A stretch of DNA of 63,087 nt, filler included, from Sarea resinae (taxonomy: Eukaryota): NCBI GenBank assembly GCA_026026165.1. It is 3 parts of 3 records of this genome, joined end to end, with 100 filler letters (N's around TTAATTAATTAA, not from the genome) between each part and the next. Parts side by side here need not be neighbours in the genome. Positions count along the whole stretch, not along the records: positions 43,821 to 63,087 come from JAPEUD010000133.1; 2 more parts are not named here. One strand, given 5' to 3'. Numbering within the stretch: the stretch's first letter is position 1; each line of letters opens with the position of its first letter. The notes under the pieces were generated by a model. That model was given only the letters and a program-made list of their open reading frames with translations, was not told where the DNA came from and made no database searches. The translations under genes and the position numbers were made by a program. Of the stretch, positions 49,515 to 63,083 are shown in pieces.

Positions 49515-52194
49515 ATGGCGGGCAAGCGCCTGAACGTCTTAGTCTATTCTGGTGGGTTTGATGCACATGCTATGCTGTTCAGCTGCTTACTGGATTATAG
49601 GCAATGGCAGCACTGTTGAGTCGGTCCGTCATTGTCTCTACACTCTGCGGAGGCTTCTGTCACCAAATTATGCTGTCATACCCGTCAATGGGGAAGTGCT
49701 AATCAAGGAGCCATGGACGGCTTCGTGCGCTCTTCTTGTCTTTCCTGGAGGTGCCGATCTGGCCTACTGCCGAACGCTCAATGGCGAGGGCAATCGACGT
49801 ATCGCGCAATATGTGCGCCGAGGAGGCAATTATCTTGGCTTCTGCGCCGGTGGCTATTACGGTAGCAAAAGGTGCGAGTTCGAAATTGGTGACAAGAAAA
49901 TGGAAGTGGTAGGCAACCGCGAACTTGCCTTTTTCCCAGGAACATGTCGGGGCTGTGCATTCTCTGGGTTTGTGTACCACAGCGAAGAAGGGACCAGAGC
50001 AGCAGAAATGCGAGTGAATAGATTAGCACTGTCTGCTGGGACGGTCCCAGAGATTATTCGGACCTACTACAACGGCGGCGGTGTATTTGTCGACGCCGAG
50101 AGATACAAAGACCAGGGCGTTGAAGTCCTGGCGAGCTTCACGGAGAAGCTGAGTGTGGATGCGGGGCAAGGAGCAGCGGCGGTGGTGTATTGCAAAGTTG
50201 GTGAGGGGGCGGCAGTACTAACGGGCCCCCATCCAGAGTCAGTATTGTTCATGCAGACACAGGGACCGTTACTAACTGCGTGTAGATTTGCGGCGGTCAA
50301 TCTTAACAGAAATGCAGACGGGCCGGACTATCCCAAGCTCGTAGATATGCTGGCAGAGTACGACAAAGCGCGGACCGACTTTCTCAAAGCTTGCTTGACC
50401 AAACTTGGCCTTCTGGTAAATGAAGAGACAAACACAGTGCCTTCCCTCTCCAGTCTCCACCTTTCGTCTGCAGAGCCCTCAGATGTGTCCGAACTGATTA
50501 GCTCTTGGGAGCCTATTATTACGACCGAGAAGGGTGAAAAGTACATTAAAGCGGAAGCCGATACCTTTCACATCGAGGGACTTTCGAAATGGTCCTTGAG
50601 CTCTCTTGCACAGGCTCTTCCAGGCGTCTCGAGTGAGGAAGAGAAAGTCGAGGGCGAGGATCACATAAGTACGACAAACAGCGAGGACAAGATTGTGGAT
50701 TACAGCAAGATCGTCAAAAGGATCCGGTCCCACGAGAAGCAATATCCGGACGCAAAGGAGACTCCCTACTTCAATCATCATGCCTTCTTTACCAACCTTG
50801 AACACTACCAATCGCAGACCAGGGACGCCCGCTCATTCGGCCAATACCTTCTATACGGCGAAGTCCTTACCAGCACCAGCAGTCTTCTCGAGAAGTAAGC
50901 CCCTTTCAATCATCTGATCCTATTCGCACTCCCTCCACCAACCCACGCTGTTATGCCCTTACTGACGGGCTTAGAAACTACACCCTTCTCCCACATCTTC
51001 CAACGGGCTTCACAGCAACAGCAACAGTCCAGGTGGCCGGCCGCGGCCGCGGCTCCAACGTCTGGGTATCGCCCGCCGGCTCGCTCATGTTCTCGACCTG
51101 CATCCGCCACGCCATGTCGGCGACCCAGGCACCGGTAGTGTTGGTACAGTACATCGCAGCCATTGCCATCGTCGAGGCGATAAAGTCGTACGATAAGGGG
51201 TACGAGGAGATGCCCGTGAGACTAAAGTGGCCGAACGACGTTTGTATGTTTCCCAATTAAAGTGAGTGCGTGGATCAAAGAGACTGTACTGATAAATATG
51301 GGACGGAACAGACGCTAGAGACCCAAGTAAGCCGCCGCACGAGAAAGAAAGCTATGTCAAGATTGGCGGGATCTTGGTCAATTCCAGCTACGTGAACGAT
51401 GAATATCTCCTCGTCGTCGGTATGTCATTTCCTCCCTCCTTAACTTCATCATTCTCGCCCTCTATCTCCCTTCCCATCTCATACCCGCCTACTTCCCTCC
51501 CACAACCATATAGACATCGTCCCCATAAGCGATCCCATCCCCATCCCCCCCTAGCTCCACCAACCCGCACCCCGCAACGCGCAGCCAACACGCCCGACTA
51601 ACAAGCACACCGCAACCCCAGGAATCGGGCTCAACACGACCAACGCATCGCCGACGACATCACTGAACGCACTGCTGGCGCTCCTGCCGGAGACGCGCCA
51701 CACGCCGTCCCTGCGGCCGTTTACGACGGAGAAACTGCTCGCGCGGATCCTGACCACGTTCGAGAGCCTGTACACGCGCTTCGTGCGCACGGGCTTCGAT
51801 GCCGTGTTCCAGGACATGTATTATCGGTATTGGTTACATGGGTATGTTTTTTGTCTCTCCCTCCCTTCTCTCTCCCTCTCCCTTCTCCCTGTCTTACCCC
51901 TCCGCCTCCCCCTCCCTCCCTAAAAAAGAAAAAGAAAAAGAAAAAAAAAAGAAAACAGAACCCCAGCTAACACTTGCCTCCTCCCGCGGCGCCAAAAACC
52001 ACAGCGACCAAATCATCACGCTCGAGAGCGAGAACGGCGCCCGGTGCCGGATCAAGGGCATCACGGCCGACCACGGGCTGCTGGCCGTCGAGGAGCTGGG
52101 CTGGGCCGACGCGCCCACGGGCCGCACCTGGCAGGTCCAGAGCGACTGCAACAGTTTTGATTTCCTGAGGGGCTTGGTGAGGCGGAAGGTGTGA
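49515..52194 (+). CDS. BPL1: Biotin--protein ligase (holocarboxylase synthetase) with BPL_N domain, multi-exon
   Basis: MAGKRLNVLVYSG|..VFPGGADL..YLGFCAGGYY..LTGPHPE; catalytic QVAGRGRGSNVWVSPAG, LKWPND, KIGGILVN, GIGLN; end QSDCNSFDFLRGLVRRKV*. Confidence 0.95.
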
Positions 52195-52510
52195 TTTGGT
52201 GGGATGGGATGGGATGGTGATGGGGTGGGGTCGGTTTTCGATTGAGTTTGGCATAGGATAGGACACGTGGGGGAGAGGGGCGGGAGGGTTAGGGGGAGGC
52301 GATAAAAGAGCATGGCTGAAAAGAGAGAAGAGGGACAGAAGAAAAGTCGGACCGCGCTTTTCTACTACTCGTACGACCGCACCGGGGATTTTTCCAATAT
52401 GGAAAAAAACAAAAAAAACAACCAACAACCAACAACCAACAACAAGAATAAAAACAATGAGAAAAAGGCCCAGGTGAAGGAAGGAAGTAAATACCTGACC
52501 TTGATTGATT

Positions 52511-52555
52511 GAGTGAGTGAGTGAGTGAGTGAGTGAGTGAGTGAATGAATGAATG
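52511..52555. repeat. (GAGT)n/(GAAT)n microsatellite
   Basis: Tandem tetranucleotide units. Confidence 0.9.
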
Positions 52556-53219
52556 GACCGACGAACCGAAGAGACAAATTCTCTCTTCGGCATTGCTTCT
52601 TTCTGGGGTCTGCGTTTTCGTGTTCTATATCCATTACCCATATCCATACCACTCTCATAAGCACAAGCACAAACACATCATCACGACCGAGCCGAGCGCA
52701 TATCCAGACAGCAATATCAATATCAGTATCAGTATCAATAAGCCCCGCCGACACCGACACCGACACCGACACCGGCATTTCTATTCAATCGATAGTGTAT
52801 ACAATGACCGCCTGCCCCCGCTCCCGCCCCCGCCCCCTCCCGGATTTCTGGTTTGTGCGACAGACCCCGTACCCCGTACCCCTTTACCCCTTTACCCTGT
52901 AGATTCCCTAACCCGGTAGAACCCACCCCGAAAACTGACGGGAAGAAAGAGAGAAAGAAAGGCTCGGTCGTGATTCATCCGACCCGATCCGACCGAAAGA
53001 AATCAAAGTACAGTAAAGTCAAGTCAAGTCAAGTGAAACCGTGAAACCGTGAAAACACCCCAGTCACAGCACCAGAATCAGAATCAAGCAGCCGGTGGAA
53101 ATCGATAGTCTTTGAAGAAAGAAAGGATAGAGAGTGTGTGTGAAAAAAAAGGGAAGATAATAGCAGCAGAAAAGAAAACGCCTCGGTGGGGCGAGCAGCG
53201 GGTCGAGAGAGCCCGTCGA

Positions 53220-54548
53220 TCATTCCTCGTCGACGGCGCTCGAGAAAGCAGTAGACTTCTCATCCTGGACCTGTTCCGCGGCGGTGGCGGCTCCGGCTCC
53301 GCTGGGCTCGGTGGCGCTGGTGGGCGTGACTTCTCCGTCTCCTTTTGTCTTAGCATCTGGGGAAGCAGCAGAGGCAGAGCCCCAGTTCCAAGGCATCCAG
53401 CCGCCTTTCGCAGGCGCGGCGGCGGGCGTCGGCGGCGCGTCGGCGTGCGAGATGCGCTCGAATTCCAATTCCGACCTCGTCTTGCGCAGCGCGTCTCCGT
53501 CGTACTCGGCTCCGTCATGCGATGCTGCGGACGCCGGGGTCAGAGACCTCGGAGCCGTCGCGGATGCAGAGGTGGCAGGGCGAGAAGTCGATGCCGACGA
53601 GGGCGACGAGTCGAGATTGCGGGCCTCATTGTCGAGCGCGGTCAGCAGGACGCGCAGGCGTTCGCGCTGCGTCGAGATGAAGCTCATGCGCTCCTCGGCC
53701 GTGTCGAGCCCCGCGGGGATCAGGGTCCCGCTCGCGGACATCTCGTCGGCTTGGGCTTGCGCCGTGCTCTGCGGATCGGCGCCCGTGCGCGACATGGCTC
53801 CCACGACGGCGGAGCTGAGTAAGCCGTAGAAGTCGCCGGCCGGCGCCGCGAATCCCTCCCGGGCACGCGGCAGGTTGAAGCGCGCGAAGAGGCTCTGCGC
53901 GTACGATTGGGAGGATGCCGAGGCCGGGCGGGTGGTGGCGGCTTTGGATGGGGTGATTCCCAGGAGGTGTTCCTTGAGGAAGTCGATGGCTTGTTTGAGA
54001 TACTGCACACCAGCTGCCTTGGCACGGTCATGGGCGTTGGTGATGAAATTGTCAATCTCGGATTCGTGCTGCGAGAGGAAGGGGTGCACGTGGGTGGTGT
54101 AGAGGTAGTGTGCGCCCTGGGTTTGAGGGAGCATGAGGTAAGTGTGCAGGAAGAGGCGTATCCAGGGGTAGAACGGGAGCCTTGGTGGGGGAGCGCGTCT
54201 GTCAGTATAGATCACCAACAGCTGATGCAGGAGACGGAAGCTCACCAGACGAGGATCCATTCGGTCCAGGATTCGACGAGGAGTGCGCACGAGAGCACCA
54301 CCCAGTACATGAGCCATGGGGTCAGTTGGGCGGGATCGGACGTGCGGAGAGCTTTGTAGGAGGCGAAGATGGGGAAAAGGATGGTCAGGATGGAGCTGGA
54401 GAAGAGGTTAGCTGCGACGTCGATAGAGGTGTGAATGTCGGGTGCGAGGCTTCTCCTTTTGATGGAAGATGTATATGATGTGGGAGCAGCTCAGGGTCGC
54501 TCGAGGAGGGCCTACTCACGAGAGCAATTGGGCGAAGAGGTCAAACAT
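53220..54548 (-). CDS. TB2/DP1/HVA22 (REEP/Yop1 family) ER membrane protein, multi-exon
   Basis: MFDLFAQLL|SILTILFPIFASYKALRTSDPAQLTPWLMYWVVL..|LPFYPWIRLFLHTYLMLPQTQGAHYLYTTHVHPFLSQHESEID. Confidence 0.88.
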
Positions 54549-54752
54549 GGTGCCGATGCGGGCGACTTGGACGTCGCAGCAGTGATTCGTGTATCTTTCG
54601 AGCTCTCAAAGGATGGAGAGGCGACGCAGCAAAGAATCCGGGGACTGATATGATGATATGAGGGCGGATTGACGGGATGTACAGTACGAGTACGAGTACG
54701 TGTGTGATGGGATATGAGCCTTGAAGCCAGGCAGAAGTCAGAAGGCAGAAGG

Positions 54753-54753
<1 letters not shown>

Positions 54754-54794
<41 letters not shown>
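54754..54794. repeat. (GAT)n microsatellite
   Basis: About 13 tandem GAT units. Confidence 0.93.
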
Positions 54795-54796
<2 letters not shown>

Positions 54797-55097
54797 CGAA
54801 GGTGACGGATCTAGGCGGGCAGGTGACGGCGATGATTGATTGGCGATAAGACAAAGTGTAGTGTCGATCAACGGATATGAGATGGAGCGGGGGAGGGGGC
54901 TAGGAGGTACAAGCCTTTCCTACGTTATCTGGCCGACGATGTCGGTACCGTGCCGACTACGACATGACTTACTCACAGTGGGTTGCTCCTTATTCTCCTC
55001 GTTGCGTCGTTGCAGCTAGAGTATGTCTAGGGAGTAGGACTAGCTACGACCTGACTCGACGGTCCTATTCTGCCGTTCACGTGGGAGCCGTCACGGG

Positions 55098-55160
55098 TGG
55101 GAGGAGAATGGGAGGAGAATGGGAGGAGAATGGGAGGAGAATGGGAGGAGAATGGAGGAG
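55098..55160. repeat. 11-bp minisatellite (GGGAGGAGAAT)n
   Basis: About 5.5 tandem copies. Confidence 0.9.
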
Positions 55161-55833
55161 AACGAGTCAAGAAGATGACGGCTTATCGACGCTGATCGAC
55201 GCTTATCGATAGAGCTCGGGCTGCCATGATGCAGCTGGAATGGGCTTACCGCAGTAGGGATATGGATCCATGGATGGATACATACTCCGGAGGAGTACTT
55301 CCATCACTTGGTACGTGTGCAGCAGCCTGAGGTACTCATAGTACTCATGGTACTACATAGTATGCACTCGTAGTTCCCCAACGAGAGAGGTTCCCCGGTA
55401 CTTCCGTACTCTGGGAGTACGCCGTACCCAAGGTACTCTTGCAGTACTATGATCCCTCGTACCGACTGCGTACTCCATACTTCAGGAGACCGTAAGGTAG
55501 CCCACGTTGACACCGACACGTTGAGACCGGTCATTGAAGGCACGCATCGTGCTCCATCCACCGACAGAGAGGGCAACTGGCACCATGGCTGCTCACCCGA
55601 AGCCCATGATACCAATCCTCGACGTCCTTTGCTTCCATTCCGAGACTGACCGCTTCTTCTTCGCCGCGGCCATCATCGGATGGTCAGAAGGGAGCGACTT
55701 TAGCTTCACGGTCGAGGCACCAGTAGAAGGTATATAAGACGCCGAAGCTATCCTGCCTGCGTGGCATCACCCTCCTCATCATCATCATCTCGAGTGTCCT
55801 CCATCGTCGCCCCATGGCATCCCGTCCGCCATC

Positions 55834-56811
55834 ATGTGCATCGTCCTCATCTCCACCGCCCACCCCTGCTACCCGCTCATCCTGATCGACAACCGCGATG
55901 AGTACCTGACCCGTCCCACCGCCCCGGCAGCCTTCTGGCCGCATCCCAACGCCCACGTGCTCGGCGGCCGCGACCTCCTGCGCCCCATCCAAGGCACGTG
56001 GCTGGGCATCACGAACCAAGGCCGCATCGCCGTCCTGACCAATTTTCGCGAGGAGGGTGTGGCACCAGAAGGGGTCCGGAGTCGAGGCGCCATGGTCAAC
56101 GCCTTTCTCACCGTGCCGCCCGAGTCCGACGAGACCACCGACACCTTCGTGAGGAATCTGCTCGAGGGCGAAGATGTCTCTGCCGTCGGCGGGTTCTCGC
56201 TTGTGTGTGGGCGAGTGAGGAGGAATCGAGAGGGTTTGGTGGTCGTGAGCAATCGGACGCCCAAGGCCGAGGATGTCACCAGGATTGCGCACGAACAAGA
56301 CAAGATATACGGGCTCAGCAATGCGGCTTACGGGGATAAGACGTGGCCGAAAGTGGTCAAAGGGGAAGAGCTGATGCGTCAAGCAATCAGGGAGAGCGTC
56401 GAGTGTGGTGAGGGCAAGCACGATTTCATACAGAGGATGATGCGCCTACTCAGCATTGACACTTTGCCGAGGAGACGACAGGGCGAGGATTGGGAGATAT
56501 ATCTGCGGCAGCTGAGGAATAGCGTATTCATACCTGCTATCCAGAGTGAAGGCACAGAGGGAGCCTCCAGTGACCAGGTAGCTGCTGCCAGAGGGCCGGA
56601 GAAGATTCAGCCGGTGTCGACCGTTACTACACCACCCCCTCAAACAAGGAATGTCTATGGTACTCAGAAACAGACCGTTGTTCTAGTCGATTCAGACGGT
56701 CATGTAACCTTCACCGAGCGCACTCTGTTCGATGAAAATGCCCAGCCGATCGCGATTGGAAAAGGTGATCGGACATTCGAATTCACCATTGAGCATTGGG
56801 ACGAATCATAG
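55834..56811 (+). CDS. NRDE / TANGO2 (DUF833) family protein
   Basis: Starts MCI, with NRDEYLTRP, GGRDL, GTWLGIT..GRIAVLTNFRE, SRG, GGFSL, GLSN and YGTQKQTVVLVD. Intronless 325 aa. Confidence 0.93.
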   Translation: MCIVLISTAHPCYPLILIDNRDEYLTRPTAPAAFWPHPNAHVLGGRDLLRPIQGTWLGITNQGRIAVLTNFREEGVAPEGVRSRGAMVNAFLTVPPESDETTDTFVRNLLEGEDVSAVGGFSLVCGRVRRNREGLVVVSNRTPKAEDVTRIAHEQDKIYGLSNAAYGDKTWPKVVKGEELMRQAIRESVECGEGKHDFIQRMMRLLSIDTLPRRRQGEDWEIYLRQLRNSVFIPAIQSEGTEGASSDQVAAARGPEKIQPVSTVTTPPPQTRNVYGTQKQTVVLVDSDGHVTFTERTLFDENAQPIAIGKGDRTFEFTIEHWDES

Positions 56812-57017
56812 GACTGTAAGATATGGGAGCTTCAAGGTCCAAAATTGCATGAAACGGAGTTTTTGAACGGCGGACTATGAGCAACGTCTGCCTGAAAAGT
56901 CGTGAAGTTTGAATAAGCGTTCAGAGGTTGTTCTTCAATATTTTTTGTATTTGCGGGCGTTGTTCGCGTGGCTCTTTTATGGAAACAAAACGCCAGAGAT
57001 ACATGATCATCTATATT

Positions 57018-57951
57018 TTATAGGGCGAGGGTCGACTCCTGTGCTAGGCGGTCGTGTTCGTCGATATCACTATCTATCATCAGCATCTACCTAGAGCGAT
57101 AATGAGCAAGGAGTACTCACGTTGCTTCCCATGGATAACAAATCCACACATCCGGTGTTGTCTGCGCAGCGAGATATCGGTTCTCGTCCAACATGTCCTG
57201 GGGAAGTTGGCCCTTTTTCGTCTTATCTTTGTTCTAGGGCAAGTCAGTAACGGGAGACTTCCAAGACGGGCAAAGGTCACTTACTTGCAGTACAAAGACG
57301 AAGAACTTCGTTTGCTCCCCTTCCCGCCCCAAATTCTTTCTCGCGATCTCGACATCCTTTTGGAGTTCCTTCACAGCATACTCTAAAGTCGTCCTTGTGT
57401 CATCCACCTCATCAACAATCAAGATATTTTTTCCAATGAGATTTGCCATTTCCAAACTGCTCAGGTCAAGCCATTGCGTTCGAGTGACCTTTGTACCGGG
57501 CTCCTCAATGGGCCCGGTTCCGAGATTTTCGTATAACGAGAGGCCGATGGCTTGGATAGGAATGTTGGCGCTACCTGGTCGTTTGATAAAGGATCTATAT
57601 ATCGTCAGCGCCTTACTAACCTTCTCAGAATGGGCTATCGGCAAGGCAAGGGATGACGGGCGCCTACCGGAGGATGCGAGCGGGAACGTAACCTCCACCG
57701 CCAATGGCGATTATGAGATTTGGATGGAAGTCATTGAGAATCCGATTCGCTGAGGCCTGGCACAGCTTGTGGATCTAGACGAAGAAGATAGATCAGCCCG
57801 GTGTTGTTTTTGTAAGATTCTCGCCGAGCGTCAGAAGCGTGTGCGCATCATTGAGCCTTGTTGGTGCGAAGAAAGCCCCGCGGATGCGCCCGGAGGGATA
57901 AGGATTCATCCGACGTACCTGGTTGTATGTGAGATAGACCTTCTCGACCAT
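57018..57951 (-). CDS. HPT1: Hypoxanthine-guanine/xanthine phosphoribosyltransferase (Hpt1/Xpt1 type), multi-exon
   Basis: MVEKVYLTYNQ|IHKLC..IIAIGGGGYVPARILR|SF..AIGLSLYE..RTQW..ILIVDEVDDTRTTL (PRPP-binding motif)..WICYPWEA|DIDEHD. Confidence 0.9.
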
Positions 57952-58899
57952 CTTGAATGCTGTGGAATATGGCGATGGGAGAGAGTGAAGGAAAGGCAGG
58001 GAATGGGGAATGCGAAGCCAGAAGGTGAGAGATGTTGGTGGGGCTACAGCGTTCTTCCGTAGGTATCAAACAACTTTGACAAAATATAAATCGACACAAG
58101 GAAGGTCGATGCACGGACCATGTACTTTCATCTTTGGTCACGATTTGCTCTTCCCGCCTCGACCCCACATCCGACGTCCAGCTAGCCAAACTCGAGCTTG
58201 TTGTTTGTCGGTCGATTGATGCTTGCCAACCTTGGAAGTTTCAGGAACCGGATGCTGAATCAAGGCGGCAAAAACCCCACCGTCTAATCTGGTCGCCGGG
58301 CGGGGATGTGTTTATAATGTATATACAACTATTGATACATCATGATATTGGATGGCACAGCAGTGCGCAGTTGGGCTGGTGCCTGCTGAGCGTCTTGGCC
58401 GAACGGTACTAGGTCTTTGATGTCTTTCTGTGGAATGCTGCGTCAACTCTCTTTTGACCCTTCGTTTCCCTCTTTCTTTCCATCCTCTCATTATTACATC
58501 CACCTGCATCAATGATTGCCCGAAAGGCTCGATTATAATAGCATTTTATTTCAGAACATCGTCTTTACAGTGTGGACCTATAAAGTCGTCAAGATAGGTA
58601 TCTGACCCAACCAAAGAGTCTCATGTCTCGGTTTAGGATATAAGCAGCAATCACTGAGCCCGTGCCCCGAACTGACATCCTTGGCGAATCAATGCAGAAA
58701 GACCATGTTTAACCCACTCGCCTGCGTCGTTCAGTCACGGTAAACGGAGAAGATTGAGAACCCGTCATCCATGGGAGCTTCGAAACATGGTACTTCGGCT
58801 TTTCATGGTGCGAGTGGTCAGACCACAGCCGTCCGCAAGGCTGCGTCTGATCGAGGCCTGATGAAGGGAATGAGAATTTCTCGAGATATCTCAACGCCG

Positions 58900-60600
58900 T
58901 TAAGCTTGTTTAGCTAAGCGCTCCTCCAAACGTTTCCGCCGCCTGTCACGATAAGACGAGTCTTCGTCCGGCAAGCGAATATCCTCGTCAAAGCAGAATA
59001 TCTCCGCTCCGCTTTCAGTGAGAAGGACAAGGAACTTATCGTCCCCGCACAGGAAATAGTTCTGTCGTTCAAGCGGGGGCGGGTCTCGTGGCACGATTGA
59101 TGTGCCACAATTGGTTGAAACTTCTGGTTCTACGGGCAGTGTCTGTTCATGTAAGTCTCGGATGACTATCATAGGTTGAAACCCATCTTTGATATAGACC
59201 GTGTAAACCATCTCCTCGAAGCAGAACCCTAAGTTGAGACGATCAGGCCACCTCTCCTCCTGCCACAGTTTCTGACCACCGGCGACTTGCTGCTTCAAGG
59301 GAGAAAACGGATACTCGTGCTTCATAAGCCGGTCATATTTTGGATCGAAAACAAAATGCCCATCTTCCATCGTGAGGTCCGACGAAGACATGCCCATACC
59401 GTAGAATAGAGACATGCGACCAGACCGATCTCTAGGATGGATGTTGAAATATGAACGAGCCATCATAAACGGTCTGTCGATGGTGAAAACCTGTGACCCG
59501 AGCTCCGTGCCATCAAAGGTGTATCTGCTGAAGCGGCAAATCGCCGTTTCATCCCAAGAGATCACAAAGATAGAGTCCTCTTTGGGATGAAGCCCCAAAT
59601 GAATGTCTCTGCCTCTGTGGGAGATCTCGAACGATCGGGACTGCTCAGACTCGAAGTCCCAGATGATGCCTGAGACTTTATCTGTGTTTGCTTCGAATAC
59701 ACAAACGCAGCGCCCATTGGAGGTGATTTCTTTGAAGCTGACGCGCGGTAACCGAAATGAGCGATGAATGTCCTTGATATAATCAGACACGTAGCAGAAG
59801 CTAATTATCCATTCATTAGTGTTTGGTAGTCAATCTTCACGGTCAACGTGCACGCATACCCAAGAGCTGAGATTCCACAAATGAGAGATTTTGACACTGC
59901 CAGATTCAGCAAAGAGTCTCGATTATTATCAGGACCTATTAGTCTGTAGAGAGACCCATCATCCAGAGATGTCACTATCCCAGTGCCGGACTCGTTGATG
60001 AAAGCCAAGTTCCCGTCGTGGTATGCAAACGCGGTACGCTCCAATTGCTCTCGTTCGAAGTCGATGACAAGCGTTGTCTTACTGTATGGTCGGCCATACT
60101 GGAAGGCGTGCCATCGCTTCGACCTGCGGAGAAGAAGGTCGCCCACATTTGACGGCTGACAAGTAAGAGATGCCGCTTCGTCGGGAAAACGCAGCAGCAG
60201 CAACCGTCGGCATATCTCCTCTGAGCTAAGGATCCGCTTCCAATCCTTACTGACCTGAAGCAAAGGGCCCGTGTTAAGCATGTTCGAAAACAATACTGCA
60301 AAATAGTAACGAAGGAACGTACTCTTCTCGAACGAAACAGATCGGCAGGATCTAGGTACTGTAGAATGAGAATTGCGAGCTCGATTGGGAGCCGCACGAT
60401 CAAGTCGCAGTGGAACGCCTTTGTGGCCAAGGTTCGCTGCAGGTCCCGCCATTCGTAGGGTGAAAGTTCAGGAACGAGCTCTTCTAGGCTAGTACGCTCC
60501 GTTAATCGTATATCGGGATTGGAAGGGTCGGAGCTTCTCTGTACACTTTACGCCTTGTTGCATTGTCCGGGAGAGCCTTGAATCTCCCCACGACATCCAT
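58900..60600 (-). CDS. F-box domain protein, multi-exon
   Basis: MDVVGRFKALPD..RK|VLEELVPELSPYEWR..FHCDLIVRLPIELAILILQYLDPADLFRSRR|VSKDWKRIL (F-box), followed by beta-rich exons to the stop at 58900. First exon inferred. Confidence 0.78.
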
Positions 60601-63054
60601 CCTTGGGAATGGCCTCAGGAACGTTTACTACGGGGGCCCTGGGCTGGAACGGTAAAAACTTTAGTCACCATTCAGAACCTCCAGATGGGACGGAAGAGCA
60701 ATGTGTCATAATCAACCAGATCTCCAGCAGAGAGTTGCGCGAGCAACGAAATATTCGGCCGTCGTTAGCTCAGGGATGCCCACCATCAACAGATAAACAG
60801 GTACTATGATACCTATAGCCTGATAAAGTGAAAGGATATCGCTATGATTTGGTTGCTCCAAGGTACGGGTACGAAGTTACAGGGAGAACCTACCCCTACA
60901 AACATCTATCCATGGATGTCATCTTTCAAAATCTTGGGCGCTTCGACATCGGATCTGGCCATCTGCTAGGTTGAATTGTGAAGAGCTAAGGGAGGAGAGC
61001 TCACAACGACTGCCACTGCCTACCTGACACATCACATACGGAAAGCACTCATCTTCCTCAGATATAGTTGTCACAAGCTCTTCTTCAAGTGATAGTAGAA
61101 TATAATCATAAAGATTTATAGATTGGGCTCTACGAATACACGGTCTTCGAAATACATGGTTCGTACGTGGATGCTTTTATACTACCAGGTCAGCAGCTCT
61201 ATTGGCTTGCCTCATTCGTGTAAGAATCATCCCGGATACCAACCAAACGTTAGACTCTCTCGATGACAGGATCTAAAACATCTCCCTGATATCCACGATA
61301 GCGCGAGTCAGATTCGCCAGGTATAGCGAAGGCTGTTCCAGCTCGGAATTGTAGCACCCTGCCCCAACAATGCCCCCTGATCTGGGATCATGACGTGGAT
61401 AGCCGTAAGTACGGTATCCATGGATGCCTCCACTGAATATGACGAGAAATATCAGAGACTCGCTGCTTAGAGGACCATCTAGTGTTCTGCGATGGCTGAT
61501 TATGACTCCTGACATTAGACTCGTAGGGTTCAGCTTCTACCGATGACCGAGTCCTCGACTCTGAGTATTCTGACTCTTTACTTCAGTATGTGCACAAAAT
61601 CTACGAATTACTCGTATCTTGTTCCTTCCGATAGCAAGCGCTCATATGAGATGCCTGTCTCCTTACTAAGATACCTACGAGAGCAACCTCTAAGGCAAGT
61701 AAGCCATCATGGATGGGTCCAGATTCAGTGCATGTGCAACGATACACACATTATTCATTCGGTCTTCGGTCCAAACCTCTGTGAGTAGAGTGAGGCGTCC
61801 GGTGTCCGGCGTCCACAGCAAGCATTCTCAGCATCAGTCTCAGCACTCAAGGCTCACATCACAGCCCTGGAGGTTCACAACAACCAGCGGCATCCAGAAT
61901 GTTTCTACTAGTACGGTATAGACCCGGCGGGCCGATGCCTGTGGCGGATAGGCTCTGGCAGGACTTCGATTCGATCCGAACGACCGACGGGGCGGTTTGC
62001 CTAGGGCGGTCCTGAAGTATCTGTACTTCCTTCTCACTTTGCAATACATCCATGGACACGCCGTAACTGTTTTCATACCAAGGAGAGACGATCCCGTTCC
62101 AGGGATCCTGGCCGTCGTCGCGAAAACGCCCGTAGGCAGCTACTGCGCAGTACTCTAGCCCGCACCATGCCACTGCAAGGCACAGCCTAAGAGGATTGGT
62201 TCACGAATGGCAATGGAATCACCGGGGAAAGACCAAATCGCGGAGAATATTGAAGGCTGGGATGGAACGAGCAATATTATCCGCAAGGCCATGTTGATTC
62301 TCAGGGCTATCAGCACGTCGTTGCGGGCCCTGGAGCTTTTCCCTTGTCGGCCCAACCGCCCTTCAGCCTTCAGCCTTCCCCCCTCTCGTCGGCCAGCTCC
62401 GAGTCCAGACAAGAAGAGAAAAGGACAGCCATCACCAATCAGAACCGATAGCATCGCTGTAAAGGATCGTAGGAACTCGACAGAGCTCTCATTTCAGCTA
62501 GGATGATTTCCCATTGCGCGTGAGAGATGGAACACCCCCAATGGCAGGCCGATGGACTCTCTCCAAGGTTTTCCCGAGGGCCAGTTCCGACTGAGATCGA
62601 TCATGGATTGGGATTGATGCAAGGTCGGAGCCTCCAATGTCGGTCAGGTCGGTCCGTACTCAGTCCGAAGGACCCGTACCTGGTACTTACTCCAAGTCGA
62701 AGTACTCAGTATTCTCATCGTCATTATGTCCTAGCAGCTAGCACCGGCTTACATTATTTGATATCCATGGATATCTCACGCGCGCATGCATCTATCATGT
62801 CATGGACGGCATCGCGTACGGATACTCTGATACCCTAGAGGACAACAAATGTCAAGGCAAAAAAGTAAGACAGGGACAACCTGGAAGGCTCTTTCTAGAG
62901 CCTGTACGAGGTACCCTATGCCTGCAGGTCACTCTCAGACCAACAACACTCTCAGACGCACCATCTTACAACCAATAATGCGCCTACGCCGGAGTACTTC
63001 CGGAATCTTTATGCTACCAGGCTTAGACGGTCAATCTTCTTCTCGAATGCCACT

Positions 63055-63083
63055 CCCCCCCCCCCCCCCCCCCCCCCCCCCCC
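63055..63083. repeat. Poly-C homopolymer
   Basis: Run of ~28 C at the window end. Confidence 0.9.

Noticed and set aside
60600..63050. Short ORFs at the right end (e.g. 61859-62173)
   Set aside because: No recognisable domain or coherent exon chain could be built by eye.
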